From Octopus vulgaris (lineage: Eukaryota): a DNA stretch of 64,000 nt. Made by a program: the position numbers and the translations under genes. The notes below the pieces were generated by a model, which saw only the letters and a list, made by a program, of their open reading frames with translations, searched no databases and was not told the DNA's origin. Each line of letters begins with the position of its first letter. Positions within the stretch are counted from its first letter, which is position 1. Shown here piece after piece: positions 27,845 through 41,419 of this stretch. Location of the stretch: contig OX597817.1 of NCBI GenBank assembly GCA_951406725.2, positions 131,440,001 to 131,504,000 of the forward strand, written 5' to 3'.

Positions 27845-28550
27845 TTAAGAATTACCTACCTAAAATACAGAGTAGGCAACACATCAGAAAGTGATAAGTG
27901 CAGAATCTGTGGACAAAAAGGTGAAACTGTATGGCATATTACCAGCCAATGTAGCCACTTGCCAAGAAGAATTATAAGAGACGCCACGACAATATAGCCA
28001 GGCTTGTTTATTGGACACTCTGCAACAAGTATGGACTTAACAAAGAAAAAAAATTGGGCACGAACACAAACCCGAAGGCATCATCGAAAATGATAATGCA
28101 AAGATCCAGTGGGATTTTATGATTCAGTGCGACCATGAGATAGGGAATAGGAAGACAGACATAGTCTTAATTGAGAAAGAAAACAAACTATGCTGGATCA
28201 TAGACGTAGCAAGCCCAGCTGACATCAAGGTATGCGATAAGGAAGAAAGAAAATTCGACAGGTATGACAAGTTAGCTTGGGAGGTAAAGCTGTTGTGGTT
28301 GATGAAAAAGGTGGAAGTGGTACCAATAATTATCGGAGCCCTGGGAACAGTTAGTAAAAATCTTGAGAAGTACAAGGAACAAATAGGGGCTGCAATAAGG
28401 GTGGAACATTTGCAGGAAACAGTACTGCTTGGAACTGCTCGAATATTCCGGAAGGTGATCGAAAAATAAGAGGTGTTACCTTAGTTCACTGGTAGTGAAC
28501 AGCTGATATTGTAGTACATCTCCAGCGTTAGAAGTTGTGCAAACGCAATG
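27845..28550 (+). mobile_element. R4/Dong-like CCHC + RLE + 3' UTR fragment between two (AAT)n tracts
   Basis: CRICGQKGETVWHITSQC; ORF 28119-28469 KTDIVLIEK..IIDVASP..VPIIIGALG..LLGTARI. Confidence 0.9.
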
Positions 28551-28625
<75 letters not shown>

Positions 28626-28627
28626 GC

Positions 28628-28694
<67 letters not shown>

Positions 28695-28892
28695 TTTTTC
28701 GCTCTATTCATTCTTATGATATTTATTTCGATATTCATTTGAAAACTGTAACTGAGCTTGTGTGTACATGCGCGTATTTGAGTGAGTATATGTCTAAGAA
28801 TGTTTCTGCTTATGCATGCGTATGTGTGTACAATTATATGTATGTATGTGCATCTATGTAATTATGTATGCATGTATGTATATCTATATATG

Positions 28893-28938
<46 letters not shown>

Positions 28939-29833
28939 TGTATGTATATATATGTGTATATTTATATTTGTGTTAGTATGCACATATATACGCACGCAAA
29001 CACACACATACACACGCACGCTCACACACGCACGCATACACACATATAGTGTATGTTTTATGTTTTGACGGCTGAAGAAGTAAAGTTACAAATGCGGCAT
29101 AGATTTTTCTTTGATCAGAAAGTTTCTCCACGGATGACCGAATACTTCAAAATCACTTTCGTTTCTTGAACTTCGCTTGATTAGTTTATTGATAGACTCT
29201 TATATATTCCACTGTATTTCGTTTAATCATCATAAATATCCCATGGCTCTTTTACTGTTTACTTTCCTCTATCTTATCTCGCGCTTTTTTTTATTTGCAT
29301 TGTATCTATTTGTAGATCGTTATTTTCAACTTTTTCATACTTTCTTCGCTGCTCTTGCTTCCCGCGAGACATTTTTTATCAATTAAATTACACATTTCTC
29401 TTTTCTTTATTTTTGGTTATTTTCTTACTTTTGCCAAATCGGTATTTATCGAACAGTCTAGTAGTATAATCTACAGAACGATTGGTTGTTTATTGATCGA
29501 TCTTTCTGCTCAATATAGTTGAAATTTTAAAGCTGATCCATTATTAAGTTCTTCTGTATGAGAATTTTTAAAATAAAAGTTACAGATGGAGATAAGCCTC
29601 GGCGACTCTGAATGAGCAGTCGTATGATCAAAGACTCTCCTGGCGTGACCAAACCATCTTTTCTTCCAGACTAAATAATTCAATATTTCCTTTTCAAGAT
29701 AATATTGTGAATTTTTTTAGTGGGGGAGGTTGAATCGGCTGCTATTTCTAATAGTACAATTGACCACCAAGAAGGTTCAATTTATGTGTATACTGACCCT
29801 TACCTCGTACCAAGCACAAGAATCACTCTTTCT

Positions 29834-30140
<307 letters not shown>

Positions 30141-30341
30141 AAATCACTTAAATCTGTTTGAAGCCGTAAACAGCTAGTCTCTTGTTCTGGGTGGGTAAAC
30201 ATTTTCCAATTCCATAGTTCAAAACTATTATTCGTAGAGAGGCACTAGTAGACATGATATGTCGCCAAATTTACCACTAACTCTTCTTTGGGGCCACTTA
30301 CAGGATTCCATTTATTTTACAAGTATTCTTACTAAACACTA

Positions 30342-30400
<59 letters not shown>

Positions 30401-30538
30401 ACATCATCATCAGTTTCTCCACCAACATCATCATCATAATCATCGTCATAATCACCAACAACAACAATCCTAGACGTTTCGCCCCTCTCCCTGCACATTC
30501 TGCATTTGTCGCTCTCAATTGTGTTGCCAATTCTACAC

Positions 30539-30622
<84 letters not shown>

Positions 30623-32192
30623 CATTATTATTATTGGTTTGGTTCAGGTTCGATCTTATTCCTGGTAAGATTTATGTGGGTAGCAGGTTACTAAATGTAA
30701 CCTTAAGGTATCCACAAGTTTTCGGCAGTCTTTCAAGTGCTCAGAACCCTCCAAATAATCCTTGCTGTCTCTAAGAGACAAACTTTCTGTAGCACTGATA
30801 GGATCAACCTCCTGACTTCCACAGCGTATAAGTAATCGAGAATACAACATTCCTCCCGTACGGACGCCAGTTACTCACAGTTGAGCGAACGGGAGAAACT
30901 TGTGAGAAGCGTTTTTTCTCAAGAACTCAATGCACTGCCTGGTCCCAGAATCAAAATCATGATCCTGAGGTCATGAGTGCAACACTGCAACTAAATATTA
31001 AGCTTGCTTTAATACCATAATTACTAAATAACGTGATCGGTAGAAAAATTACTATTTTTAAATCTCACAACAAGAGATATTCAGCAACAGTACTTTGGAA
31101 TAAAGATTGTTTGCCAAAATAACATGGCAGATCGTGTCGTATAACCAGCTGGAGAGGATGTCTCCTGGGGCTAAATTACAGCAACATTCGTCCTAAACCA
31201 GGACTGCTATGTTATGTTGGCAAATAATCTTTACTCCATCCATGACCAGTAGGGTTGCAGCCATTTTATATTTACCAATTTTCGTTCCGCTGCTCTTGCA
31301 TGTACATTTAATTCTCAATGTTCAATATTCTAACGTATTATTTCTAAGGTTCGCTTATAATATCCCTGGATGTGTTTCCAGTTTGAAGATCACTTCCTCA
31401 CCGTCTCCCACACAGCACAGAGGCCGTTGAATACATCATGAACGCTGCCTTTTAATCTCTAACCCATGAACAAATAAAATAAGAAAATGTAAATAGTGAT
31501 GTGTTCTCTTCCCGCTTGTAATATATATCGAGTGCAGAGAGCACTGAATAAGCAGCTAGAGGATGCTTCCTCTTGGAGTTAAAATAGAGATATTCTTAAC
31601 TAGCTAGTTTGCCTGTTGCAAGATCAATTATGTCACTTATTTTCTGTATATGGTGGGCAGGAGCGAACTACTGCTATGTCTAGCAGACAAGTACTCCCGA
31701 GGATAACAATAAGAAGGTCGAAACAATACGGTCTAGTAGTATGGAGTTCTCTCCCCGCTTGCAATATATATCGAGTGCAAACTACACTGAATAATCACCT
31801 GGAGGAGGCGTCATGCTGGAGTTAAAATAGCTGTATTGTCGAGTCCTAAGAAACACTCGTGTTTAGATGGTGTTAAACACTACTTCGCAGTATAAATACT
31901 GCTTTCTTCTGTTACAGTGATTTTCTAAAATATAAATAACCTAAGATAAACCACGTCTGATTTCACTTCCTGATATATCCTGATGTTACTTCTTGATGTT
32001 ACTTCTTAACTCTATGCCAATATGGTGCCACTTTCTCCAAACATACCAATATTACGTCACTTCATCCAAGATACTGAAATGGTCCCGCATTTTCAGCTGG
32101 ATGACCAAACATACAAACCACAGAGGTTTTGATTTAATATTTTCATGAGAAAATGCGACAAGAGTATACAATGCTCTTTGCTATCTTTGCAG

Positions 32193-32247
32193 AAATAACG
32201 TTGCTCAATCCATCAAAATGCGAAGAGATCAAAGATTAGACAGACAG
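32193..32247 (+). CDS. Candidate isolated 55-nt coding exon (NNVAQSIKMRRDQRLDRQ)
   Basis: Acceptor CTCTTTGCTATCTTTGCAG and donor CAG|GTAAGA, with a single open frame; no homology recognised. Confidence 0.25.
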
Positions 32248-32369
32248 GTAAGAGGATGGTGGGTGAGTCGTGTCAGGACAACAGCATTGCATTATTTTTT
32301 AGCAACGATTCTCACTTGAAATAATTAACGTTGCTCTAAAGAATACAAATGAACAACAATTAAGTGATA

Positions 32370-32550
32370 CAGTTCTATATTTAAGAGGTGAGGAATTATG
32401 TACATTATTTACATAATTTACATTTGACGGATATTTGTCCTCATCTTGTTTGTTGTTAACACAACGTTTCGGCTGATATACCCTCCAGCCTTCATCGGGT
32501 GTCTTGGGGAAATTTCGAACCTGGGTTCTCATTCCTAAGGTACTTTTCGA

Positions 32551-32619
<69 letters not shown>

Positions 32620-32720
32620 CATCATCATCATCATTACCATTATTATTATTCAGGTCACTGTCTTGAATCGAACTCGGAATCTTGGGGTTGGTAGTCCGCG
32701 CTCTTAACCACTACGCCATA
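32370..32720 (-). mobile_element. tRNA-headed SINE-like element with internal (AAT)n and hammerhead tail (copy 2, full length)
   Basis: Minus strand: A-box TGGCGTAGTGG, B-box GTTCGATTC, GTGACCTGAAT, (AAT)n, then a tail matching 206-378. Confidence 0.85.
32458..32503 (-). ncRNA. Minimal type I hammerhead ribozyme motif (core variant CCGAUGA)
   Basis: GACAC-CCGATGA-AGGCTG..CAGCC-GAAA-CGTT^GTGTT: stem I GACAC/GTGTT, palindromic stem III ACGT, GUU cleavage triplet. Confidence 0.7.
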
Positions 32721-33892
32721 TTAAGTGTAGAAATCAACACATTCTTTTGCAGATTAGTTTCGTTATCTTCCGGTGCTGGGCTGCGGTACTTCTGTGACAA
32801 TAGTTTAGTGAGGAGTCGGTATTCTCAGACTAATTGTATAAGATATGAAGTAAAGAATAGTTCAATAATACTGTTACAAGAACTTACGAGGACCAAGGTG
32901 TCTCCTACATACTTTTAAAAGAGAACAAAAAGACAAACAGCTCCTACGACTAAATAATTTTAAAAGCCCATCTTTTTCGAGCTATGCCCCATCTAAATCC
33001 ATTCTTATCAGCAGGAACAGGTTCGTCACGTGAAGGTCTTAGCTGGAACACCGAATCAGAGGTTCGGATCTTTCCTTGTGCAAGAATGGTCACCTAGGCG
33101 TGTAAGGACAATCGGAGTGAACTGGTACATCATCGCTTGGATTACTAGAAGTGGTAGTCAAATTACCCTCAACACAAACTGCCGGCTTCAATGGTGATTT
33201 CAAATTTTTGGCACAATAACAGACATTTCGGGGAGCCGGGTAAATCGATTTCATTGAGCTCAGTGTTCAACTAGTAATTATTTTATTGACTTCGAAAGAA
33301 TGAAAGGCACAATCAGCTTTGGCGGAATTTGAACTCAGAACGTAAAAACGGACTAAATGCCGCTAATTATTTTTACCCTTTGGTCTAAGGTGTATCCGAC
33401 CAGGACTGACGTGATCTAGACAGTAACACCAACAACATTAGATGATGATTAAAGTTTTCAACAATATATTTTTGTTCATAAGTTAATCAGGGTGATAAGA
33501 GTGGGGATACATAATGTGCAAAAAGCAATGTGTAGAGGATAGAGTTGGGACTACAGTAAAATATAGGAAGTGTACAAGACCATGGTAGAAGACACTTGAC
33601 CAATGTGTCACGCAGTGGGAGTGGTCCCGAAACAATATGGTTGGGAAGCAAGCTTCTGATATATGCGTATGTGTGCGTGTGGTAAGAAGCTTGTTTCAAA
33701 ACCACATGGCTCCAGGTTCAGTCCCACTGCGTGGCATCTTGGGCACCTGTCTTCTACTACAGCCTAGGGCCGAGAAGATTGCATTGTTTTATACCATATA
33801 TTCTTTTGAATAATATCAGTGGAATTTTCGAAACATGTGTCGAAAGTAAAAATATTTGATTTATATCTGCGTTAAACTCCATTTATTTATTC

Positions 33893-33928
<36 letters not shown>

Positions 33929-34125
33929 GTGTATACAATATATATCATAACGATATTTATTCTCTGATTTAAAAATTGTCGCTTCAGAACGGACAATAAG
34001 TATCATTATAATATATATTATATACAGTAATTAGTAATTATACTATGAGCCTAACGTGGTAACTTTCTATCCGTAACTCAAAATACCTTTCGGATTTCTT
34101 TATAAATATATTTTATATATATATA

Positions 34126-35444
34126 CAGTGGAGGGAAATAAATATTCGTATATATATATAATTCTTTAGGAATTTTTTCCCATTCTTCTTGACAAATTTT
34201 CTTCAAATCTGCAATGCACGTTGGGGCTCTTGAATGAATTTTAATTTTCAAATAACACCACAAATTTTCAATGGGGTTCAAGTGGCCATTCTATCGTGGC
34301 CGTTATCGTGATCTACAATCCATTTTTTGGTAGACTTCGCCGTGTGCTTAGGATCGTTATCCTGTTGTAAAACCCACCATTCACAAAGCTTGAGCTTTTC
34401 TACAGAGTCCCATAAATCATTGTTCAAAATATTTTAGTACATGTCTGCATTCATTCTACAATCTATCACATGTAAAATGCCAGTAACATTTGCAGAGGAA
34501 CACCCCCACACCATGATGTTGCCACCTCCAAACTTTTCGGTAGGAATTGTGTTCTTCGGCGAATAGGCGGTACCATCTTTCCTCCGAACATGGCTACGCG
34601 AATTTCATCCAAACAATTCAATTTTCAACTTGTCTGTCCATAGAACATTTTCCCAGAATGTATCAGATTTATCTTTATGTTCATAAACAAATTTTAAACG
34701 GGCATCTCTATGCCTTTTAGTCAACAGCGGAGTTTTTCTAGGAGAGCGTGATTTCAGTTCATTCCTATGAAGTTCATTACTGATTGTTCGTAGTGTAACA
34801 CTAGTCCCTGAAACTAACAAATATTGCAACTCCTTTCTGGTGATCATTGCGTTATTTCGTTTCTTCGCTTCATTTTTATTAAAGATCTAGGGGAAATCTT
34901 GTGTGGTGCACTTGATCGTATTCTGTTTTCAACAGTTCCCGATTTTTTATTTTCTTTGAATAAATCAAGATATGGTAGAAAATGGAATACAAAGGGCCAT
35001 TGATGTTTTCCTGTAACTTTTACTTGCTTTCCACTGTTCAATAATTATGTTTTTCACTGAATTTGTGAGTTCTTTGCTTTTCGCCATTATTACAATACTA
35101 CTTTATGTTGTCTCAATGCTGAATGAAGAAGCTAGTGTTCTGATACTTAAAAATGACAGCTGATAAGATTATTGGAACAAACGAGAAAGTTCTAGGAAAA
35201 AAAAAATTTTAACAGTATTTTGAGGCATAGAAAATCATAAATTTATTCTATACGAATACTTTTTTCACCCCTAAATATTTATAAGTGTATATAAATTTAT
35301 TAGTTACTATAATTTATTAGTTTCTTTTGCATAGTCTTAGGTTATGCATGTGTATGCATATATAGTATTGGTATATCCCATTTATGTTCATTAGAAATTA
35401 AATAAAGTATTTTTACATTTACGAATATTTATTTCCCCCCACTG
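34126..35444 (-). mobile_element. Tc1-family DNA transposon with both TIRs; transposase pseudogene
   Basis: TIRs CAGTGGAGGGAAATAAATATTCGTA and TACGAATATTTATTTCCCCCCACTG in TA context; ATG at 35087; SPRKTPLL, VLWTDKLKIELFG, QQDNDPKH and NPIENLW motifs. Confidence 0.93.
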
Positions 35445-35829
35445 TATATATATATGTGTGTATGTATATATATATTTATATATACACACATATATACGTA
35501 TATGTTTGTGTTTATGTATTTTTTTTTACAAATATGTGTGTGTGTGACTCTCCTCGTATGTTTGTGTCTATATGTATATATAGATGTATGTATGTATATA
35601 TGAATATATGAGTTTGTATGTATGGGCATATACATATATATGTGCATCTGTGTATGAATGTATGTAGTGACTGTATGGTAAGTAGCTTGCTTACAAAACA
35701 CGTGGTTCCGGGTTCATCCTACTGCGTGGCGTCTTGGGTAAGTGTCTTCTATTATAGCCACGGGCCGAGCAACACACACACATACATACATATATATATA
35801 TATATACCGTGTTCGATTAGTAAACTATC

Positions 35830-36485
35830 ACCATTATATATTTTTATTTTCACGAATACATGTTGTTTGTTTTTGATTTGGTCGACTACATAGTATAGTA
35901 GGCTCAGCTGGGCACTATCTGTGAGAAAAACAACACCATGACGCAGTTCACTCTGTGAGGGTGCTTGAGTTTCAAAAGCGGTAAAAATCGAACATCCAGT
36001 CAATATCATGGTGTTTGGAGTGATCACTAGTGATGGCGACGTTATGCTTCCATTCATCTTTCCACACGGTCTCAGACTCAACATGGAGGCCTACATCAAG
36101 TGCCTGGTGAAGTTAGTGCTGCCCTGGGTCAAGAGGGTGGCTGTTGGAAGACTCTATGTCTGGCAACAGGACTCTGCACCCTACCACACAAACAGAAAAC
36201 CCAGTCGCGGCTGTCAGACAATTTCTGCGGCCACATCACCCCTAGCATCTGGCCACATAACTCCCCAGATTCCAACCCCCTTTACTATTATGTGGGGGCC
36301 ACAGTTGAGTGAGAGACCAACAAAACTCCTTGTAACACCAAAGATGAGCTGATGGCAAGGATTACGGCAGCATTCACCAACTTGAACAAGGAGACCGTCC
36401 AGAAAAGTTGCAGGAGATTCCATTGTCGTGTGGAGGCCGTGGTTGAAGCCAATGGCGATTTTATTAAATAAATTTACTCTTTAGT
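35830..36485 (+). mobile_element. Tc1/mariner-superfamily (maT/DD37D-like) transposase C-terminal fragment
   Basis: MVFGVITSDG..WQQDSAPYH and WPHNSPDSNPLYY in overlapping frames. Confidence 0.8.
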
Positions 36486-36912
36486 AAAGGTGGTGAGAAG
36501 TGTGTATCACAAAGACTGACGTACTATTAGCGTTATACACGAGGCTGAACGAGTAGGTTGAAATAAACATGTTACAGACATATATGACAATGATACCCGT
36601 GCGCCAAGTGATATGACATTATTTCCGATGACGTAGGTGCTATATCTAAGGTTATCAAATAATTTGAGATGGTTAAAGTGATTGAGTACCGGTCTATGAC
36701 GTAGTTATTCAATGAGATATGATGCATTATCTCTAACCAGGATGAATATATAACGTTTCGCAATCACATAGGTCCTGTTTAATTCTACAACAGTATTTCT
36801 CAGAAAAATTTATTTTAGCATGTCACGTAAGCAAAATTGGATAAAGGGAACTGAGTGCAAATGCGTTATACGGAAGTATATATTTATATATATTTATGCC
36901 TGTGTACGTGCG

Positions 36913-36980
<68 letters not shown>

Positions 36981-36999
36981 GGCGCTAGAATGACTTTGA

Positions 37000-37119
37000 G
37001 GTAAGTTCCAGTTTCAGTCCTACTGCGTAGCATCTTCAGCAAGTGTCTTCCACAATATCCTTGGGCCGAACAAAGCCTTGTGAGTATATTTGGTAGACGA
37101 AAACTGAAAGAAGCCCGTC

Positions 37120-37206
<87 letters not shown>

Positions 37207-37327
37207 TATATCTGTGTTTGTTCCACAACCATCGCTTGACAACAGATCATGGTGTGTTTAAGCTCATGTAATTTATCAGTTCGGCAAAAGTGACCGATAC
37301 AATATGTACTAGGCTTACAAAGACTAT

Positions 37328-37375
<48 letters not shown>

Positions 37376-37590
37376 ATATATTATATATATATATATATTA
37401 TATATATAAATTATATATATATATATAAATGTAAGATGCAAGGAATGGGAGTCAAAAATTTCTATATTCGATGATAATTTGACATTTTCTGAGAGATATT
37501 TTTCACTATCGACTGGGGTCGATCTGCTCGACTAAAGGCGATGCTCCAGCATAGCCGCAGTCAAATGACTGAAACGAATATGTAAAAGAG
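37000..37590 (+). mobile_element. SINE family B interrupted by (TA)n and a short insert
   Basis: Family B consensus segments on both sides of 37325-37510. Confidence 0.75.
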
Positions 37591-37595
37591 TGGGT

Positions 37596-37641
<46 letters not shown>

Positions 37642-37765
37642 GTATATATATATATTTATATATATGTATGTGTGAGTGCTTGTCTATGTATGTATAAATG
37701 TGTATATACATGTATATATGGCATGTATATATGGGTGTATGACTATGTCTGCGCATTGGTATATA

Positions 37766-38050
37766 CATCAGATGTTGCTACACATCGCTGGTCACAATGC
37801 CTTCGCATTGTTTTAGCCCTCGAATGACGCCACCCCTCTGGCTAAGCGAGCAGACCAACAGTGAGACCAAAGAGTGAGAGAAAGAGTGGTGAATGAGTAC
37901 AGCAGGGATCACCACCCCTTGCCGGAGCATCGTGGAGCTTTCAGGTGTTTTCACTCAATAAACACTCACAACGCCCGGTCTGGGAATCGAAACCGCGATC
38001 CTACGACCGCGAGTCCGCTGCCCTAACCACTGGGCCATTGCGCCTCCACT
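37766..38050 (-). mobile_element. tRNA-derived SINE, family C
   Basis: Minus head GGAGGCGCAATGGCCCAGTGGTTAGGGCAGCGGACTCG..GGTTTCGATTCCC; 3' part shared with 54837-54935. Confidence 0.75.
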
Positions 38051-38575
38051 CATTGGTATATATGTACTGGTAAATTGATATAAAAGAATTTGCGTGTCCG
38101 TATTTCTATATCTATGCTGTTACTCTATTTACGTTTGTAAAAGTAAATCTATATACGCCTGTATTATTTCCGTAAAATATCCTAGTATATTAATTATTGT
38201 CTCCCCTACATTACAACAAACATCTCCAAATCTCGGTGGTGTGTGGTCAGTCAAGTACAAAACTGAATCCTAGAGAATATCATAGATAATTAAGAGCGAA
38301 GTTGAATAAACCTTACCGTTAACACATGCTACGCTGGTTAAATGAGTTACAAGTCTACCGAAGCAAGAGATGAAAGGTGGGTGGAGCCTGTAGGCATCAC
38401 GTTCTGATGGAAGTGACACATGTCAGACATGGGGAAAAATTGGCTGATATCTCGGGAGGAATAAATTTTTTTTACCTCAAGTTGACTTGAAGAGTAAGAG
38501 AGAGAATAAATGTAGAGGAGAACATTATTGTTAATGCATGTGTTCATTACTTTAGAGAAATTAGGAGAGATAACA

Positions 38576-38628
<53 letters not shown>

Positions 38629-38685
38629 TGGATAGATAGATAGATAGATTGATAGATAGATAAATAGATAGATACATAGATATAT

Positions 38686-38749
<64 letters not shown>

Positions 38750-40925
38750 GGGGAAAATAAGAAAGATCAAAGTAAATGAAAAAGAAAAGGCTTTTTATGA
38801 AAGGTAACGACAGATATATATATACATTTAGATGGACTGAGGTAGTAATAAAAGTCATAAAAGTCATTATTATGAGACGATTAAAAAGTCAGAAAGCAAA
38901 GCATACCATGGTTTCGTCAAAACTATTCATTGCTTTGAATAAACACCGGCTAATAAACGGTGTCAGTTCTAATAGTTCCTGACAGAAAAGATTATTTGTA
39001 AGGGAGGTATGTAGTTCTGGATTATTTGTAAGGGAGGTAAGTAGTTCTAGATTTAGATATAGAATTGTAATGTGAATGATGTAGGGAGTGTATAGGGGTT
39101 AGTGGTTTTAATTGAAGGGTTAATGGTGTTCTGTATTAAGTTGTGTGTTCATATTTAGTTGGGGGAGATATTTATTAATGAAAAATGCCTCTTTATTCAA
39201 CCTTTGTTGCATTGTGGTATTCTGTGAACATTGATAGAAGGGGAAGATTTGGAAATTAGGATTAAGATTCCTGGCACACCTTTCTATGTGTTCACTAATC
39301 TGTAACTGTTTGTATTGTGGGTGGCGGATTTGCCCTTTGTGAATGGTGGTTCTCCGACGGAGTGAAATTCCTGTTTATCCAATAAAGTGGTTACCACTTC
39401 CTAAGCAAGTCATGACATGGATTAGATTTTCCAAAGCGCAAGTGAAATTTGATTTGATCTTAAATATTTATCCTTGTTTGAAGTGAAATTCTGAACCCTC
39501 CAAAAGGTGGGGGCATGTTCCACAGTTAGGACGACCACAGTTTTTCACTTTTGGCTCTGTTGTTAGTGGATATAGTCTTGCGCTGGTTAATATTTTTTTC
39601 AGTGACTTCGGTTACTTTTTGCCTTTTATAATTTTGTATGAACTTCAAATTTCGTTCATTGTTTTGTCTGCTGTGAGGATGGGAAGATTTTGGGTGATAA
39701 TGTTGAAGGCTGCGTTGTTTCTAGGGTTATGTGTCGAAATGTATGGGAGTATTTTTAAGTCTGGTTTTGTATTTCGGCTGGCTTGCCTTAATATTTGTAT
39801 ATCTATTTCCTTAGCTCTTTTAATGCCTTCATTTATTAATGAGATTGGGTAATGTTGATCTAAGTTCAAGGAGTCTTTTTTTACGTGTATATGTATACGA
39901 AACAATGGTACAGATTCTTTTCGCTAGATTAAATGGTATATTAATTTTTATGTGTTTGGGGTTAAATAATAGGTATTGTTTAGAATCTGTGGGTTTATAA
40001 AAGATGTCTGTTTCTATGTGGTTGTTAATTATTTTAATTAAGATATCTAGAAAAGGGAGTTGTTTACTGTTGTGTTCCATAGTGAATTGTATATTGCTAT
40101 GTATGTTGTTAAGTATTAATTTGAAATCAAGGAGTTTATCCATGCTGTCTTTCCAAAGTATGAAGCAATCATCCAAATACCTCTTCCAGTTCTCCTTTAA
40201 ATAGCAATTAAAAGAGGCGCCATATTTTTCTAGTGATAATTGGTATAACTTGAGTTCTAGGTAACCCATTACAAGGTTTGCAATCACTGGAGCAGCTCTG
40301 GTTCCCACTGCAATTCCACATTTTTGTCGATAGTAAGTTGTATCGATCATGAAATAATTCTTCAGCAAGATGAATTTGAGTGCTTCAATTATAAAACTGT
40401 GGTTAATGCGTCCTGGGATCTCTTCTGGGTATTTTTCTAGACAGAATGTGATTGCTTCTATACCATAGTCGTGTGGGATATTGGTGTACAGATTCACCAC
40501 ATCGATGCCAGCAGGGTTCCTTCCTTTACTGTCTTCGCAGGGTGGTTCAGCATGTCTAGGTCATCCCTGATAAAGCTTTTCACATATTTTAAAAAGGTTT
40601 GAGTAATATGTCGAGGAAGTTGCTCAAACGGTGAGTTTCACAAGAAGGGCCAGCTATGATGGGTTTCAGTTTGAGGTCAGTAGGGAGAGGGACATTAATG
40701 CATAGGCTTGTAAAGACTTTGCAGGCTTCACAAATGTGTGGATTTTTATGTATTTTGGGTAATCCGTAGAATAGACTAGGACTGTATTTAAAATTGGATA
40801 AATAGTCTATTTCATGTTTAGTGAGACCCTTTCCATGAATTTAGAGTAAGGAGGAAAAGTTTTTCAGTGTTTTCTGTGGGTTGTAATGTATTAATTTCTC
40901 ATAGTAAGTATTATTTTCCAACATG
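38750..40925 (-). mobile_element. Penelope-like element (RT + Cys-rich linker + GIY-YIG endonuclease; Neptune-like), 5'-truncated pseudogene
   Basis: ORF 39829-40500 has LYTNIPH, GIAVGTRAAPVIANLVMGYLE, WKRYLDDCF, LPFLDI and FYKPTD; downstream CGRPNCGTC and FTCALENLIHVMTC..FIG.TG; flanked by (TA)n on both sides. Confidence 0.92.
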
Positions 40926-40973
40926 GAAATATATATATATATATATAATATAATATAATATAATATAATATAT

Positions 40974-41053
<80 letters not shown>

Positions 41054-41419
41054 ATATAAATAATATATAAATATATGCATATATACATACATGTACATAC
41101 CTACATATATATGTATATATACATGCATATATGAGTATAGGACATCAAACAAAAAAAAGCTTGAACACAATAAAAACCGAAAACATAAAAACAAAAACAT
41201 AAAAAACGAACTTTTTTCGAACGAAAAAACAAGCAGAAAAACGAGACATGCAACTTAAAGGATATTCCCCTTCATCAGTTGTCCCCGTTTCATCTACTCT
41301 GCGTTTCGAAGGTAATACTCTTTTACTCGTTTCAGCCATGTGGCTGCTGTCATGCTTGAGCACCACTGTAGTCTTTCTGATTTTCTCATTCTGGGGTGCT
41401 TCACATCACCACTCCTGTG

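Noticed and set aside
32650-32720. Possible tRNA gene (also 37975-38050 and 48130-48200)
   Set aside because: A/B boxes are present but there is no complete cloverleaf acceptor stem, and they continue into repeat bodies; these are SINE heads
41255-41312. Minus-strand CTGATGA followed by hairpin AGGGG..CCTTT
   Set aside because: No GAAA after stem II and no valid stem III or cleavage triplet
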